Origin: an uncultured Verrucomicrobiae bacterium
GTDB lineage: Bacteria; Verrucomicrobiota; Verrucomicrobiia; Limisphaerales; Palsa-1400
Length of the DNA stretch: 64,000 nucleotides
Assembly: GCA_963764165.1 (NCBI GenBank)
Contig: CAVXRD010000001.1
Span: forward strand, 512,001 to 576,000
Direction of reading: 5' to 3'
Shown here one piece after another: positions 49,358 to 57,704 of the stretch. The position numbers and the translations under genes are program-made. The notes beneath the pieces were generated by a model. It made no database searches. It saw nothing but the letters and a program-made list of their open reading frames with translations, and was not told the DNA's origin. Position 1 is the stretch's first letter, and every line of letters starts with the position of its first letter.

Positions 49358-50098
49358 ATGCGCCCCGATCTTCATGAGACCGGTTACGGCTGGCTGATGT
49401 TTGCGGGCATCGTGGTTAGCATTCTGATGTGGTCGCGGGTCGCCCGGCGCGATGGGCGGCTGCCGCTGATTTACGTGGCCGCGCTGTTCGGCGCGTTCGC
49501 GGGGGCGAAGATTGTTTACCTTGCGGCGGAGGGCTGGCTTTACTGGAATGATCCAAATCGCTGGATCATTCTGGCCACGGGAAAATCCATCACTGGCGCG
49601 TTTCTCGGCGGATATGCGGCGGTCGAGATCGCCAAGCGCGCGCTTGGATACAAGACCGCCACGGGTGATTGGTTCGCTGTCATTGCGCCGCTGGGGATCA
49701 TGTTCGGGCGCGTCGGCTGCATGGTGCATGGCTGCTGCCTTGGCGAAGTATGCGCGCCAAGCTGGTATACCATGAACGACAGCCACGGCGTCGCGCGCTG
49801 GCCGGCGGCGGCGGTGGAATTGATCTTCAACGCCATCATGCTCGGCGTGGCCTTGCTGCTGAAACGATTCAAGATTTTGCCCGGCCAGCATTTTCATATT
49901 TACTTGATGGCTTACGGAACATTTCGATTCGTCCACGAATTTCTTCGTGACACGCCGCGCATCGTCGGCCCGTTTTCCGGCTACCAAATCGCCGCGCTGG
50001 CGGTGGCAGCGCTGGGAGCAGTGGGATTTATTTTACGTCGGCGAAAAGCTATGCCCGAAAGCGCGTCAACTGTGGCGGATCCTCGAACAGCTACGTAA
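49358..50098 (+). CDS. Divergent prolipoprotein diacylglyceryl transferase (Lgt) family protein
   Basis: YG, GAK, GKSITGAFLGG, D...GRVGCMVHGCCLG, RWP...E, YG.FRFVHEFLR. Confidence 0.85.
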   Translation: MRPDLHETGYGWLMFAGIVVSILMWSRVARRDGRLPLIYVAALFGAFAGAKIVYLAAEGWLYWNDPNRWIILATGKSITGAFLGGYAAVEIAKRALGYKTATGDWFAVIAPLGIMFGRVGCMVHGCCLGEVCAPSWYTMNDSHGVARWPAAAVELIFNAIMLGVALLLKRFKILPGQHFHIYLMAYGTFRFVHEFLRDTPRIVGPFSGYQIAALAVAALGAVGFILRRRKAMPESASTVADPRTAT

Positions 50099-50134
50099 TT
50101 CGCCTGCGAATTCTGCTGTTAGCTTCTTCATCCC

Positions 50135-50243
50135 AAAGGTAGGGACGCCTCGCCGAGGCGTCCGGGGTGAGGCACTGTCTACGCGCGCCGCGTGGGCATT
50201 TTTCACACGCAACCGGACGCCTCGGCGAGGCGTCCCTACCTTT
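50135..50243. repeat. REPIN with perfect 31-bp inverted arms
   Basis: AAAGGTAGGGACGCCTCGCCGAGGCGTCCGG ... CCGGACGCCTCGGCGAGGCGTCCCTACCTTT. Confidence 0.9.
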
Positions 50244-50278
50244 AACAGGCCCCGCCAAGTGAAGACTCGAGTGAATGT

Positions 50279-51670
50279 TTAATTCTTTACGGGCCCTGTT
50301 TCCTTGCTCACCCATTCCATTGCGCCTTCTAGCGTTCCAAAGGTTCCTTCCAGTTGCGCTTCGTAGGCCTTCTCCAAAATCTCACCAAGGTGCTTGCCGG
50401 GTTTCAGGCCTATGGCCAGGAGATGCCGGCCTTGCAGTATCGGCGGCGCAGGGCTTTGGCGGACTTCCAACTCGTAGGCCTTGGCCAGCAACGCTTTCAC
50501 ATTTTCGGGGATGACGGCGGGGCGCGGGGGGCGACCCATGCTATCGGCGGACATGACTACGCAAAGGCCTTCGATGTTCTCCGGAGACAGACGGCGGGCG
50601 AGGCGGCGGACGGCGCGGTCGGAAATTGTCTCAAGGTGGAATAAGTGGTTTTGCACCAGTGGGAGGACGCGCTGGACGATTGACACCGGAGTGCGGATGC
50701 GTTCGAGAAACGCGCGGGCGGGTTCGACCCCGGCGCTTTCGTGGCCGGGTGACACGATGCGTTCGCGGCCATCCTTCACGGCACGGTGGGTGCAGCCCGG
50801 TTTTCCGAAATCGTGGGCCAGCACGGCGAGCATGTAGACGGCTTTGGATTCGGGATCGGCAGCTTGCCAGGCGGGGAGCGCCACCATCGCATCGCAGCAA
50901 TGGCAGGTGTGGACGAAAACGTCGCCTTCGGGGTGCCATTCGGGCTCCTGCGGGACGCCCATAAGCGCTTTGATTTCAGGGAAGTGATCGATCCATTCCG
51001 TCTCCGCCAGGAAGCGCAAGCCGGCCGAGGGGCGGCGGCTGCGCTGGGCCCATTTGAACCATTCGTCGCGCACGCGTTCGACGGCCAGTTCGCCAAAACT
51101 GCATTTCATGCGCCGCGAAATCTCGAGCGTCTCGGGCGCGCCGGTGAGATCGAATCGCCCGGCGAATTGCATGCCGCGCAGCACGCGCAACGGGTCTTCG
51201 CCGAACGCCGCGCTCTTGTGGCGAAGAACGCGATTTTGCAAATCTTCCTGCCCGCCGAAAAAATCGAGCGCCTCGCGTTTGCGGGGGTCGTACATGATCG
51301 AGTTGATGGTGAAATCTCGCCGCGCGGCTGCCTCCCGAAGCCCTATGCCGGGCTCGAACGCGACTTCAAATCCCTTGTGGCCGGGAGCGATTTTGGAATC
51401 TTTGCGCGGAAGGGTGAAATCGTATTCGTGCCCGCTTTGGGTGGTGAGCTTGACGACGCCAAAGGAGCGCCCGACCAAATCGGGGCGGCCCCAGCGCGAA
51501 AGGGCGGCGACGAGCTGGTCGCAATCGACGCCGAAGACTTCCACATCGAAGTCTTTCTGATGCGGATGACCAGCCAGGGCGTCGCGAACGCAACCGCCGA
51601 CCAAATAGGCCTGCTGCAATTCCGGTGTTTCTTGGAGGATTTGCTCCAATTCAGCCGGGACGAAATTCAT
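50279..51670 (-). CDS. tRNA nucleotidyltransferase/poly(A) polymerase family protein with HD domain
   Basis: LVGGCVRD, DFDVE, RRDFTIN, EDPLRVLR, WHPEGDVFVHT, AHDFGK; start MNFVP at 51670. Confidence 0.92.
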   Translation of the reverse strand: MNFVPAELEQILQETPELQQAYLVGGCVRDALAGHPHQKDFDVEVFGVDCDQLVAALSRWGRPDLVGRSFGVVKLTTQSGHEYDFTLPRKDSKIAPGHKGFEVAFEPGIGLREAAARRDFTINSIMYDPRKREALDFFGGQEDLQNRVLRHKSAAFGEDPLRVLRGMQFAGRFDLTGAPETLEISRRMKCSFGELAVERVRDEWFKWAQRSRRPSAGLRFLAETEWIDHFPEIKALMGVPQEPEWHPEGDVFVHTCHCCDAMVALPAWQAADPESKAVYMLAVLAHDFGKPGCTHRAVKDGRERIVSPGHESAGVEPARAFLERIRTPVSIVQRVLPLVQNHLFHLETISDRAVRRLARRLSPENIEGLCVVMSADSMGRPPRPAVIPENVKALLAKAYELEVRQSPAPPILQGRHLLAIGLKPGKHLGEILEKAYEAQLEGTFGTLEGAMEWVSKETGPVKN

Positions 51671-51757
51671 GGGAGGAATGTGACTTATGGAAGCGGTCGA
51701 GGCGAGAAGTATTCGGGCGGTTCGCGGCTCGGAAGATGGCGCGGCGGGAATCGCGAA

Positions 51758-51873
51758 GGGAGCGGTCGGAGAGGGCGCCGACCGCGACACGCGAGGCGCG
51801 TGTGCTCCCCAGGCCTTTAATTCCAGGGAGCGCACGCGCCCCCGCGTGCAGCGGGACGCGCCTCGCGTCGCGC
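51758..51873. repeat. GGGAGC-type REP pair
   Basis: GGGAGCGGTCGGAGAGGGCGCCGACCGCGACACGCGAGGCGCGTGTGCTCCC followed by GGGAGCGCACGCGCCCCCGCGTG. Confidence 0.55.
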
Positions 51874-51947
51874 ATCCCATTTTAACACCAAAACGGTTCC
51901 TTGGCAGCCTCGCCCTGCCACGCGTTGTTCTCTTTTCCCCTCTTGGG

Positions 51948-52901
51948 CTACCGCATTGGTGGGGGCATCGTGCCGGACGAGTTGGCGGAGGTGCGGTCGC
52001 GCATCCAAAGCCAGTCGCGGAAGTCTGCCTCGTTCTTGATCGGGCCGCCTTTGCCGGTTTTGGGCTGCACGCTTAACCATTGGTGCGACTCCGAATGGCC
52101 GTCGGCAAAAGCAAAGCCACAGCCGCCGTTATGGTATGTTCCTGGCGCATCCCTCCATTGCGCCAACTCCATTCCAAAGGCGAAGGCGGCGTCGTTGAGA
52201 TTCTTGACATCTTCGTCCACCAGCACCCACAGCCCCGATGGGCCCGGCGCGCGAATGCCGGACATTTTCCCGTACGTATACCAAGGCTGGTCGCGCTTGT
52301 GCGTTCGCTGGTTATTGAGCCACGGTCCGTTCACCGGCAGCGTCGGAGCGCCGACGTGCAACGGCGTGCCTCCCCCGATCCCATTCTCATATTGATCGTA
52401 GCCCGCGCAAATGGTTCCAACGGCCTGGCTCATGGAAAATGTTCGCGCGGCGGGAACGGTCTTTCCGATCATCGAGGGGTCGCTTCCTTGATAAGGGCCC
52501 AGCCGCAAATCCGCCGGGCAATGAAACACGCTGACGCTGCCGTGCAAATACGAAGCAAGCAGGCTGCGCGACTGGTCGCGGAGAATGTCGGGATTGAACT
52601 CCGCGCTTTGACCAATGCCCGCGCTCCCGCTGCACCAATTGTGGCCGGGGATGGTGTTGCCGTCGTCCGGGTTTGGAGGAAAGAGATCGTGAAAATCAGA
52701 GGTATACATGGTCATCGCCGTCATCATCTGCTTTCCGTTGCCGAGGCAATAAGTTTGCTGCGCCTTTTGCTTGCCCTTGGAGAGCGCCGGCAAGACCAAT
52801 GCGGCCAGAATTCCAATGATCGCGATCACCACGAGCATTTCAGTGAGCGTGAAGGCTTCATCATTGGTGGCGGTGCGCGCCCGCGCATTTCGAATCTTCA
52901 T
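51948..52901 (-). CDS. Prepilin-type N-methylation / H-X9-DG domain protein
   Basis: AFTLTEMLVVIAIIGILAALVLPALSKGK; FHCPAD; HNGGCGFAFADGH (exact H-X9-DG); start ATG 52901. Confidence 0.9.
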   Translation of the reverse strand: MKIRNARARTATNDEAFTLTEMLVVIAIIGILAALVLPALSKGKQKAQQTYCLGNGKQMMTAMTMYTSDFHDLFPPNPDDGNTIPGHNWCSGSAGIGQSAEFNPDILRDQSRSLLASYLHGSVSVFHCPADLRLGPYQGSDPSMIGKTVPAARTFSMSQAVGTICAGYDQYENGIGGGTPLHVGAPTLPVNGPWLNNQRTHKRDQPWYTYGKMSGIRAPGPSGLWVLVDEDVKNLNDAAFAFGMELAQWRDAPGTYHNGGCGFAFADGHSESHQWLSVQPKTGKGGPIKNEADFRDWLWMRDRTSANSSGTMPPPMR

Positions 52902-52903
52902 AT

Positions 52904-53962
52904 TCAATTCGGCTTCGGTTGGCGGTTCAAACTTGCTTCCAATGCCAGCGTAGCGGCGTTCCAAATTTTGATCGTGTAGTCGTCCCTGCACGCCGTGGCA
53001 ATGCGCGAGCCGTCTGGTGAATAGGCCAAACCAAAACATTCTCCTGTGTGTGCGGTGACCGAGTTTATCATTTTGCCGGTCTGCGGATCCCACAGCACCA
53101 AGGTGCCGTCGGCATAGAGAGTGGCGAGCGTTTTGTCGTCCGGCGAAAACGCGATGTTGTTGACTTCCCCGGCGCAGGCAATGTCCTCTTTGACGGTTTT
53201 GGCGGCGGTTTTCCACAGGCGAAGAGTTGTGCGCGATCCCGAGGCAAACATGGAACCGTCGTGCGAAAATGTGACATACTCCGCCCTTTGGCTGCCGGGT
53301 TTCCCATTGAACGGCTCCAGCGCCACCGGCTCGCCGGAACTGGCCATCGTGAAAAAGTAAAGTTTCCCGCTGCGCGTGGCGCCAACGACGAAGGCGCCAT
53401 CCGGTGAAATGGCCACGCTGAGAAATTTCTCGCCCTGGACCAAAAGCAGACGCTGTTCCTTCCCGTCTGCGTTCCAAGTGTCGATCGTGCCGTCAAATGT
53501 GGCGCTGGCAACAAGCTGGCAATCGTCCGAGATGGCAACCGCGTTCACCTGGCTGGCTGGCGGAGAGAATATTCGCAGAGGTTTTCCGTCTATGGGATCA
53601 ACTAGTTTAGTCATCCCGGCAAAATCTCCGATGGCGATGAATTTCCCATTTTTTGCCCATGCAACACTGCGGATGCTGCCAATCTGCCGAACGACTTTCG
53701 CCCGGCGATCACCGATTTTCCAGAACACCAGCTCGCCAGGCTTCGGAGGGCGCTGCGGACCGGTCTGGCCTGTGGAGGCCACCACAGTATTGCCATCGGG
53801 AGAAAAACAGGTGGCCCAATATTTTTCCGGCGGAGGTTCTGGTGCTGAAGACTTGATAAGCCACCAGACGACACCGCCGATGACGGCAAGAAACGCCAAT
53901 GCAAGCCCCAATGCCATTGGCCCAATTCTTCGGCGTGAACTGCCTGGTATCATGCCACTCAT
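52904..53962 (-). CDS. Membrane-anchored WD40 beta-propeller protein
   Basis: N-terminal TM; repeated (F/Y)SPDG...W repeats. Confidence 0.88.
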   Translation of the reverse strand: MSGMIPGSSRRRIGPMALGLALAFLAVIGGVVWWLIKSSAPEPPPEKYWATCFSPDGNTVVASTGQTGPQRPPKPGELVFWKIGDRRAKVVRQIGSIRSVAWAKNGKFIAIGDFAGMTKLVDPIDGKPLRIFSPPASQVNAVAISDDCQLVASATFDGTIDTWNADGKEQRLLLVQGEKFLSVAISPDGAFVVGATRSGKLYFFTMASSGEPVALEPFNGKPGSQRAEYVTFSHDGSMFASGSRTTLRLWKTAAKTVKEDIACAGEVNNIAFSPDDKTLATLYADGTLVLWDPQTGKMINSVTAHTGECFGLAYSPDGSRIATACRDDYTIKIWNAATLALEASLNRQPKPN

Positions 53963-54147
53963 GCAGATGCAAAAGGTTCGCTGCGCGCAAAGGTCTCGTT
54001 GCAGTCAAACAAATCTGGAATTGCTTCGGTCGATGATGGGGCGGCGGCGGATGAGAGTCAAGCGGTGGATCAATGCAACAAGGCGTCGAAGGCATCATGG
54101 AAATTTGGGCTGGCTCCCATGTCCGTTTCCGTTCTCAATGAACGCGC

Positions 54148-54963
54148 ATGCGTTTCGCCATCTGCAACGAGATTTTCCAAGGCTGGCCGCACGAGGACGT
54201 GATTGGTTACTGCGCCCGGCTCGGCTACAGCGGAATTGAGATTGCCCCGTTCACGCTTGGAAAAACGGTGAACGACTTTTCCGCGGCGCAACGGCGTGGC
54301 TTGCGCGATTCGGCTCAGCGCGCTGGAATCGCCCTCTGCGGATTGCATTGGCTGCTGGCCAAAACGGAAGGGCTTTATCTGAATCACCCGGACGAACAAA
54401 TCCGCTCGCGCACCGACCAGTATTTGTGCGATTTGGTCGATTGCTGCGCCGATCTCGGCGGCAAAACGCTTGTGCTGGGCTCTCCGCAGCAGCGCAATGT
54501 CCTGCCCGGAGTCACGCCGGAGCAGGCGCTGGAATTAGCGGAGAAAACGCTCCAGGCAGCCGTGCGGCGGGCGGAGGAATTGAATGTCGTCATTTGCTTC
54601 GAGCCACTTTCGCCAGCGGAAACGAATTTCATCAACACAGCGGCGGAAGCCATCGACTTCGCGAACCGATTTTCCAGCGCCGCGATGAAAATCATTCTGG
54701 ACGTCAAGGCGATGTGTTCCGAAACGGCGCCGATTCCGCGGATCATTCACGATTCGTGGCCGCACTTCGCCCATTTCCACGCCAACGACAAGAACCTCAA
54801 GGGACCGGGCTTTGGCGAAGTCGATTTTGTCCCCATCGCGGCGGCATTGCAGGAGGTGGCGTATGACGGATTTGTCTCTGTCGAGGTGTTTAAGTTTGAT
54901 GAAGGGCCGCAGGTGATTGCCGAGCGCAGCCTCGAATATCTCCAGCAAACGTTCAGCCTCTAA
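54148..54963 (+). CDS. Sugar phosphate isomerase/epimerase (D-psicose/tagatose 3-epimerase-like TIM barrel)
   Basis: GYSGIEIAPF, FEPL...ETNFIN, ILDVKA, HFHAND...GPG.G, VSVEVF. Confidence 0.85.
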   Translation: MRFAICNEIFQGWPHEDVIGYCARLGYSGIEIAPFTLGKTVNDFSAAQRRGLRDSAQRAGIALCGLHWLLAKTEGLYLNHPDEQIRSRTDQYLCDLVDCCADLGGKTLVLGSPQQRNVLPGVTPEQALELAEKTLQAAVRRAEELNVVICFEPLSPAETNFINTAAEAIDFANRFSSAAMKIILDVKAMCSETAPIPRIIHDSWPHFAHFHANDKNLKGPGFGEVDFVPIAAALQEVAYDGFVSVEVFKFDEGPQVIAERSLEYLQQTFSL

Positions 54964-54967
54964 TTTT

Positions 54968-55102
54968 AGAGGGACGCCTCGGCGAGGTGTTGGGGGCAAC
55001 ACAAGAATGCCACAGAACTCGGATCTTTCGCCCAGCCATTGCAAAGATGGTTGCGTCCGAATATGCCGCATCCTCGGACGCCTCCGCGAGGCGTCCCTGC
55101 TC
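54968..55102. repeat. REPIN (degenerate)
   Basis: AGAGGGACGCCTCGGCGAGGTGT ... GGACGCCTCCGCGAGGCGTCCCTGCTC. Confidence 0.7.
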
Positions 55103-55185
55103 AGACCCTAATCGCGACGCCAAGACGTCCGCGCTCCGACGTGCGCCTTGTTGACCCTAGTTCTTAATGTGCCTAGTTTGCTTCC

Positions 55186-56052
55186 ATGAAATCTCTTTAT
55201 GGTGCTGTCTTTGGTGTTTTTCTGTCATGGAACCTTTTTGCGGCGGGAGCGGATGCCGGGGTCGGGCCGAGTTTCAAGGGGCCATTGGGGTTGCAAATGT
55301 ATTCCCTGCGATTTTATTCGCCCACGAACCTCCTATCGCAAATCGACAAAGTTCACGAATACGGCTTCAAAACTATTGAAGGCGGCGCGCCGGGACGCGG
55401 AATGTCACAAGACGAATTCTTCCACGAACTCGATAAACGCGGAATCAAATTGGTGAGCACTGGCGTGGATTACGGGCGGTTGAAATCCAACCCGGACGCT
55501 GTGGTTGAGCAGGTCAAAAAGCTGGGTGTCAAATATGTGATGTGTTCCTGGATTCCACATGACAAGGGGGTGTTCACAGAGAAAAATGCGCGGGAAGCCA
55601 TTGAGGTTTTCAATGCTGCCGGCCCGAAATTCAAGGATGCGGGGATCGTCTTTACGTATCACTGCCACGGTTATGAATTTCAACCTTTTGGTAACGGGAC
55701 GCTGTTTGATCTGATTGTCAGGGAAACGAAACCTGACTCCGTTTTCTTTGAACTGGATGTGTTTTGGGCCCAGCAAGGAGGAGCCGATCCGGCGAAACTG
55801 CTCGCCCAATATGGCTCGCGCTTCAAGCTGATGCATGTGAAGGACCTTCGAAAAGGCGCGGCCAAGAATTTCACCGGTGGCGCGCCTGATCAAGATAGTG
55901 TTCCTGTGGGCCAAGGCGAAGTGGATTGGAAAGCTGTGCTGAGAGCTGCCGAACAAGCGCACGTTGAACATTACTTCATCGAAGACGAGGCCAAGGACGC
56001 CGCCGATCAAATCCCAAAATCATTGCGCTATTTGGAGACGCTGCAGTGGTGA
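55186..56052 (+). CDS. Exported sugar phosphate isomerase/epimerase (AP_endonuc_2 TIM barrel)
   Basis: Signal peptide; GLQMYSLR, YHCHGYEF, FELDVFW, MHVKD, VGQGEVDW, FIEDE. Confidence 0.88.
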   Translation: MKSLYGAVFGVFLSWNLFAAGADAGVGPSFKGPLGLQMYSLRFYSPTNLLSQIDKVHEYGFKTIEGGAPGRGMSQDEFFHELDKRGIKLVSTGVDYGRLKSNPDAVVEQVKKLGVKYVMCSWIPHDKGVFTEKNAREAIEVFNAAGPKFKDAGIVFTYHCHGYEFQPFGNGTLFDLIVRETKPDSVFFELDVFWAQQGGADPAKLLAQYGSRFKLMHVKDLRKGAAKNFTGGAPDQDSVPVGQGEVDWKAVLRAAEQAHVEHYFIEDEAKDAADQIPKSLRYLETLQW

Positions 56053-56330
56053 GGATCGGAAGGGAATTAGCCGCAGATTCACACAGATCAACACAGTCTG
56101 TATATCGAATTCAGGCACGAGGAGAATACGGGTTTTCCCTCTGAAAATCAATGAAAATTCGCCGCAACTCGCCACTATTTTCGTTAATTTTCCGGTGCTT
56201 TTACTTGCAGTTTTACTGACAGTGACACGATGGCAAACTGAATGTTGAACGGCTCACGCAACCGCGCGGGCGCACTTCGCCCAGCATATGAGTTTGACCC
56301 ACGTCGCGTTCTGTCTACTATCACGCCAGC

Positions 56331-56672
56331 GTGAATGACGACACGTTTCGGTTTCGCTTCTGCAAGTTGATCGGCTGTCCCGCTGAAGAATATAAAGAGA
56401 GGGCGCTGAAAGAGTGCCTTTATCTCCACGCGCGACGCGTGGCCCCGCTCTTGCGTCTGGTGGTTCCCGCTCTTTTCGCAAAAGATCACGATTTCATACG
56501 CTACCTTGGCGACAAAACAACACGGTGGGACGCACGCGTTGAAATCATCTCTTTTCAGGAATCGAATCGCGAAGCAGGTTTCCTTCGCCGCGTGCTCTGG
56601 ATTCGGATATCGGGTCGTAAAGCCAGTTTTTTGGCATCGCGGATTCTAGGACGGGAAGAAGATCAACAGTAA
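56331..56672 (+). CDS. Hypothetical protein
   Basis: Protein-like ORF with FC...CLY.HAR...RISGRK pattern; GTG start. Confidence 0.6.
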   Translation: MNDDTFRFRFCKLIGCPAEEYKERALKECLYLHARRVAPLLRLVVPALFAKDHDFIRYLGDKTTRWDARVEIISFQESNREAGFLRRVLWIRISGRKASFLASRILGREEDQQ

Positions 56673-56694
56673 CAATTCTTCGCAGTCGCCTCGA

Positions 56695-57030
56695 CTAAAG
56701 CGTCGTCTTGCCTGCGGCCCTCACCTTCGCCCATCGGGCGCGGGCGGCTGCGGCAATCTTGGCCCTGGCTTCCGGGCTGCTACGACCGTCTTTCTTTTTG
56801 GTGGCTTTAGCGGAAGCGTTGCCTTTCATTTTCGCCCAGCGGGCACGCTGCGCGGCTGCAATCCGTGCTTTGCCTCCAGCACTCATCCCGCCCGACTTTG
56901 CCTTGGTAGGAGATGGTAATTCGGCACCACCGGCTATCAAAGCCAGTTCGCTGTTCAATCGTTCAATTTGTTCTTTAATCGCCAGCACGCGGCGAAGCTG
57001 GTCTGTCGTCAAACTCGAAATAGTCGTCAT
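56695..57030 (-). CDS. Small basic histone-like / nucleoid-associated protein
   Basis: N-terminal coiled coil (LRRVLAIKEQIERLNSEL) plus two repeats S..(G/A)(K/R)A(R/K)IAAA.RARWAK; Lys/Ala-rich. Confidence 0.8.
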   Translation of the reverse strand: MTTISSLTTDQLRRVLAIKEQIERLNSELALIAGGAELPSPTKAKSGGMSAGGKARIAAAQRARWAKMKGNASAKATKKKDGRSSPEARAKIAAAARARWAKVRAAGKTTL

Positions 57031-57230
57031 TATGTCACATTTAAGTTTCAATGCCGCTATCAGTCAAAGCGAAACGCGGATTTTATTACGATAACTGGGC
57101 CGTGTTAAAAAAAACAAAACCGAGCACGCCACTCAGCGTGCCCGGGTGAAAACTAACTTACTGCGCCGCAAACCGTATTGAAAATGACACGTATTGTCTG
57201 CAAGGGAACCCTGCTTTTTCTTGTACTGAA

Positions 57231-57379
57231 GCCCCTCGCATCCTCAATTGCGTTTAAGTCGGATGCGAACAAACCGAGTCCCAGAGGTCAAAGACCTTTG
57301 GCGGGCAAGGTTTGGGAAGGAAGCCACCTTCCCAATAAAACGAAAATGCCCCGCGTAAGAGCGGGGCGCGATTTTTTTT
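57231..57379 (+). ncRNA. Candidate structured small RNA (four hairpins ending in an intrinsic terminator)
   Basis: TCGCATCC/GGATGCGA; AAACC..AGAGGTC-AAA-GACCTTT..GGTTT; TTGGGAAGG/CCTTCCCAA; GCCCCGC-GTAAGA-GCGGGGC followed by T8. Confidence 0.5.
57348..57379 (+). terminator. Rho-independent terminator
   Basis: 7-bp GC stem GCCCCGC/GCGGGGC followed by GCGATTTTTTTT. Confidence 0.7.
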
Positions 57380-57454
57380 CGATGGTCAATCCTCCCCCGG
57401 CATCATTATCCCATTGCCGCAATCATTGAAGCTTCCGTTTCGACTGCAGTTATC

Positions 57455-57688
57455 ATGATTTACACCTTTGTTCCACGACCGGTGATTACGGCAACGGCGT
57501 TGGAGAGTGGATTTCTTAGCATTAACGTAGGAGCGATAACGGCAAACTCACGCGTTGTGCTTCAAAGCAGTTCGGACTTAGTCAACTGGATTTGCATTGG
57601 GACAAATACGCCAAGCGGACCCGACACAACGTTCAATTTATCGCCCACAAATGCCGGGAGTTACTTTAGGGTTTTCGTGCCAAACTAA
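57455..57688 (+). pseudogene. Orphan verrucomicrobial C-terminal domain (probable 5'-truncated surface-protein remnant)
   Basis: VVLQSSSDLVNW...GTNT...SYFRVF resembles the C-termini of the GH18/GH78/LamG proteins; no signal peptide. Confidence 0.55.
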
Positions 57689-57704
57689 TCGACCCAGTAA
57701 TTGT

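Noticed and set aside
51671..51880. N-terminal extension of the CCA/HD enzyme
   Set aside because: It translates REP palindromes; the domain begins at MNFVP
52902..53477. Long N-terminal extension of the pilin-like ORF
   Set aside because: It is an alternative frame of the WD40 gene; the prepilin motif requires a start near 52901
25132..55102. CRISPR array from the recurring ~26-bp palindromes
   Set aside because: Copies are dispersed inverted pairs, not regularly spaced direct repeats, and there are no cas genes
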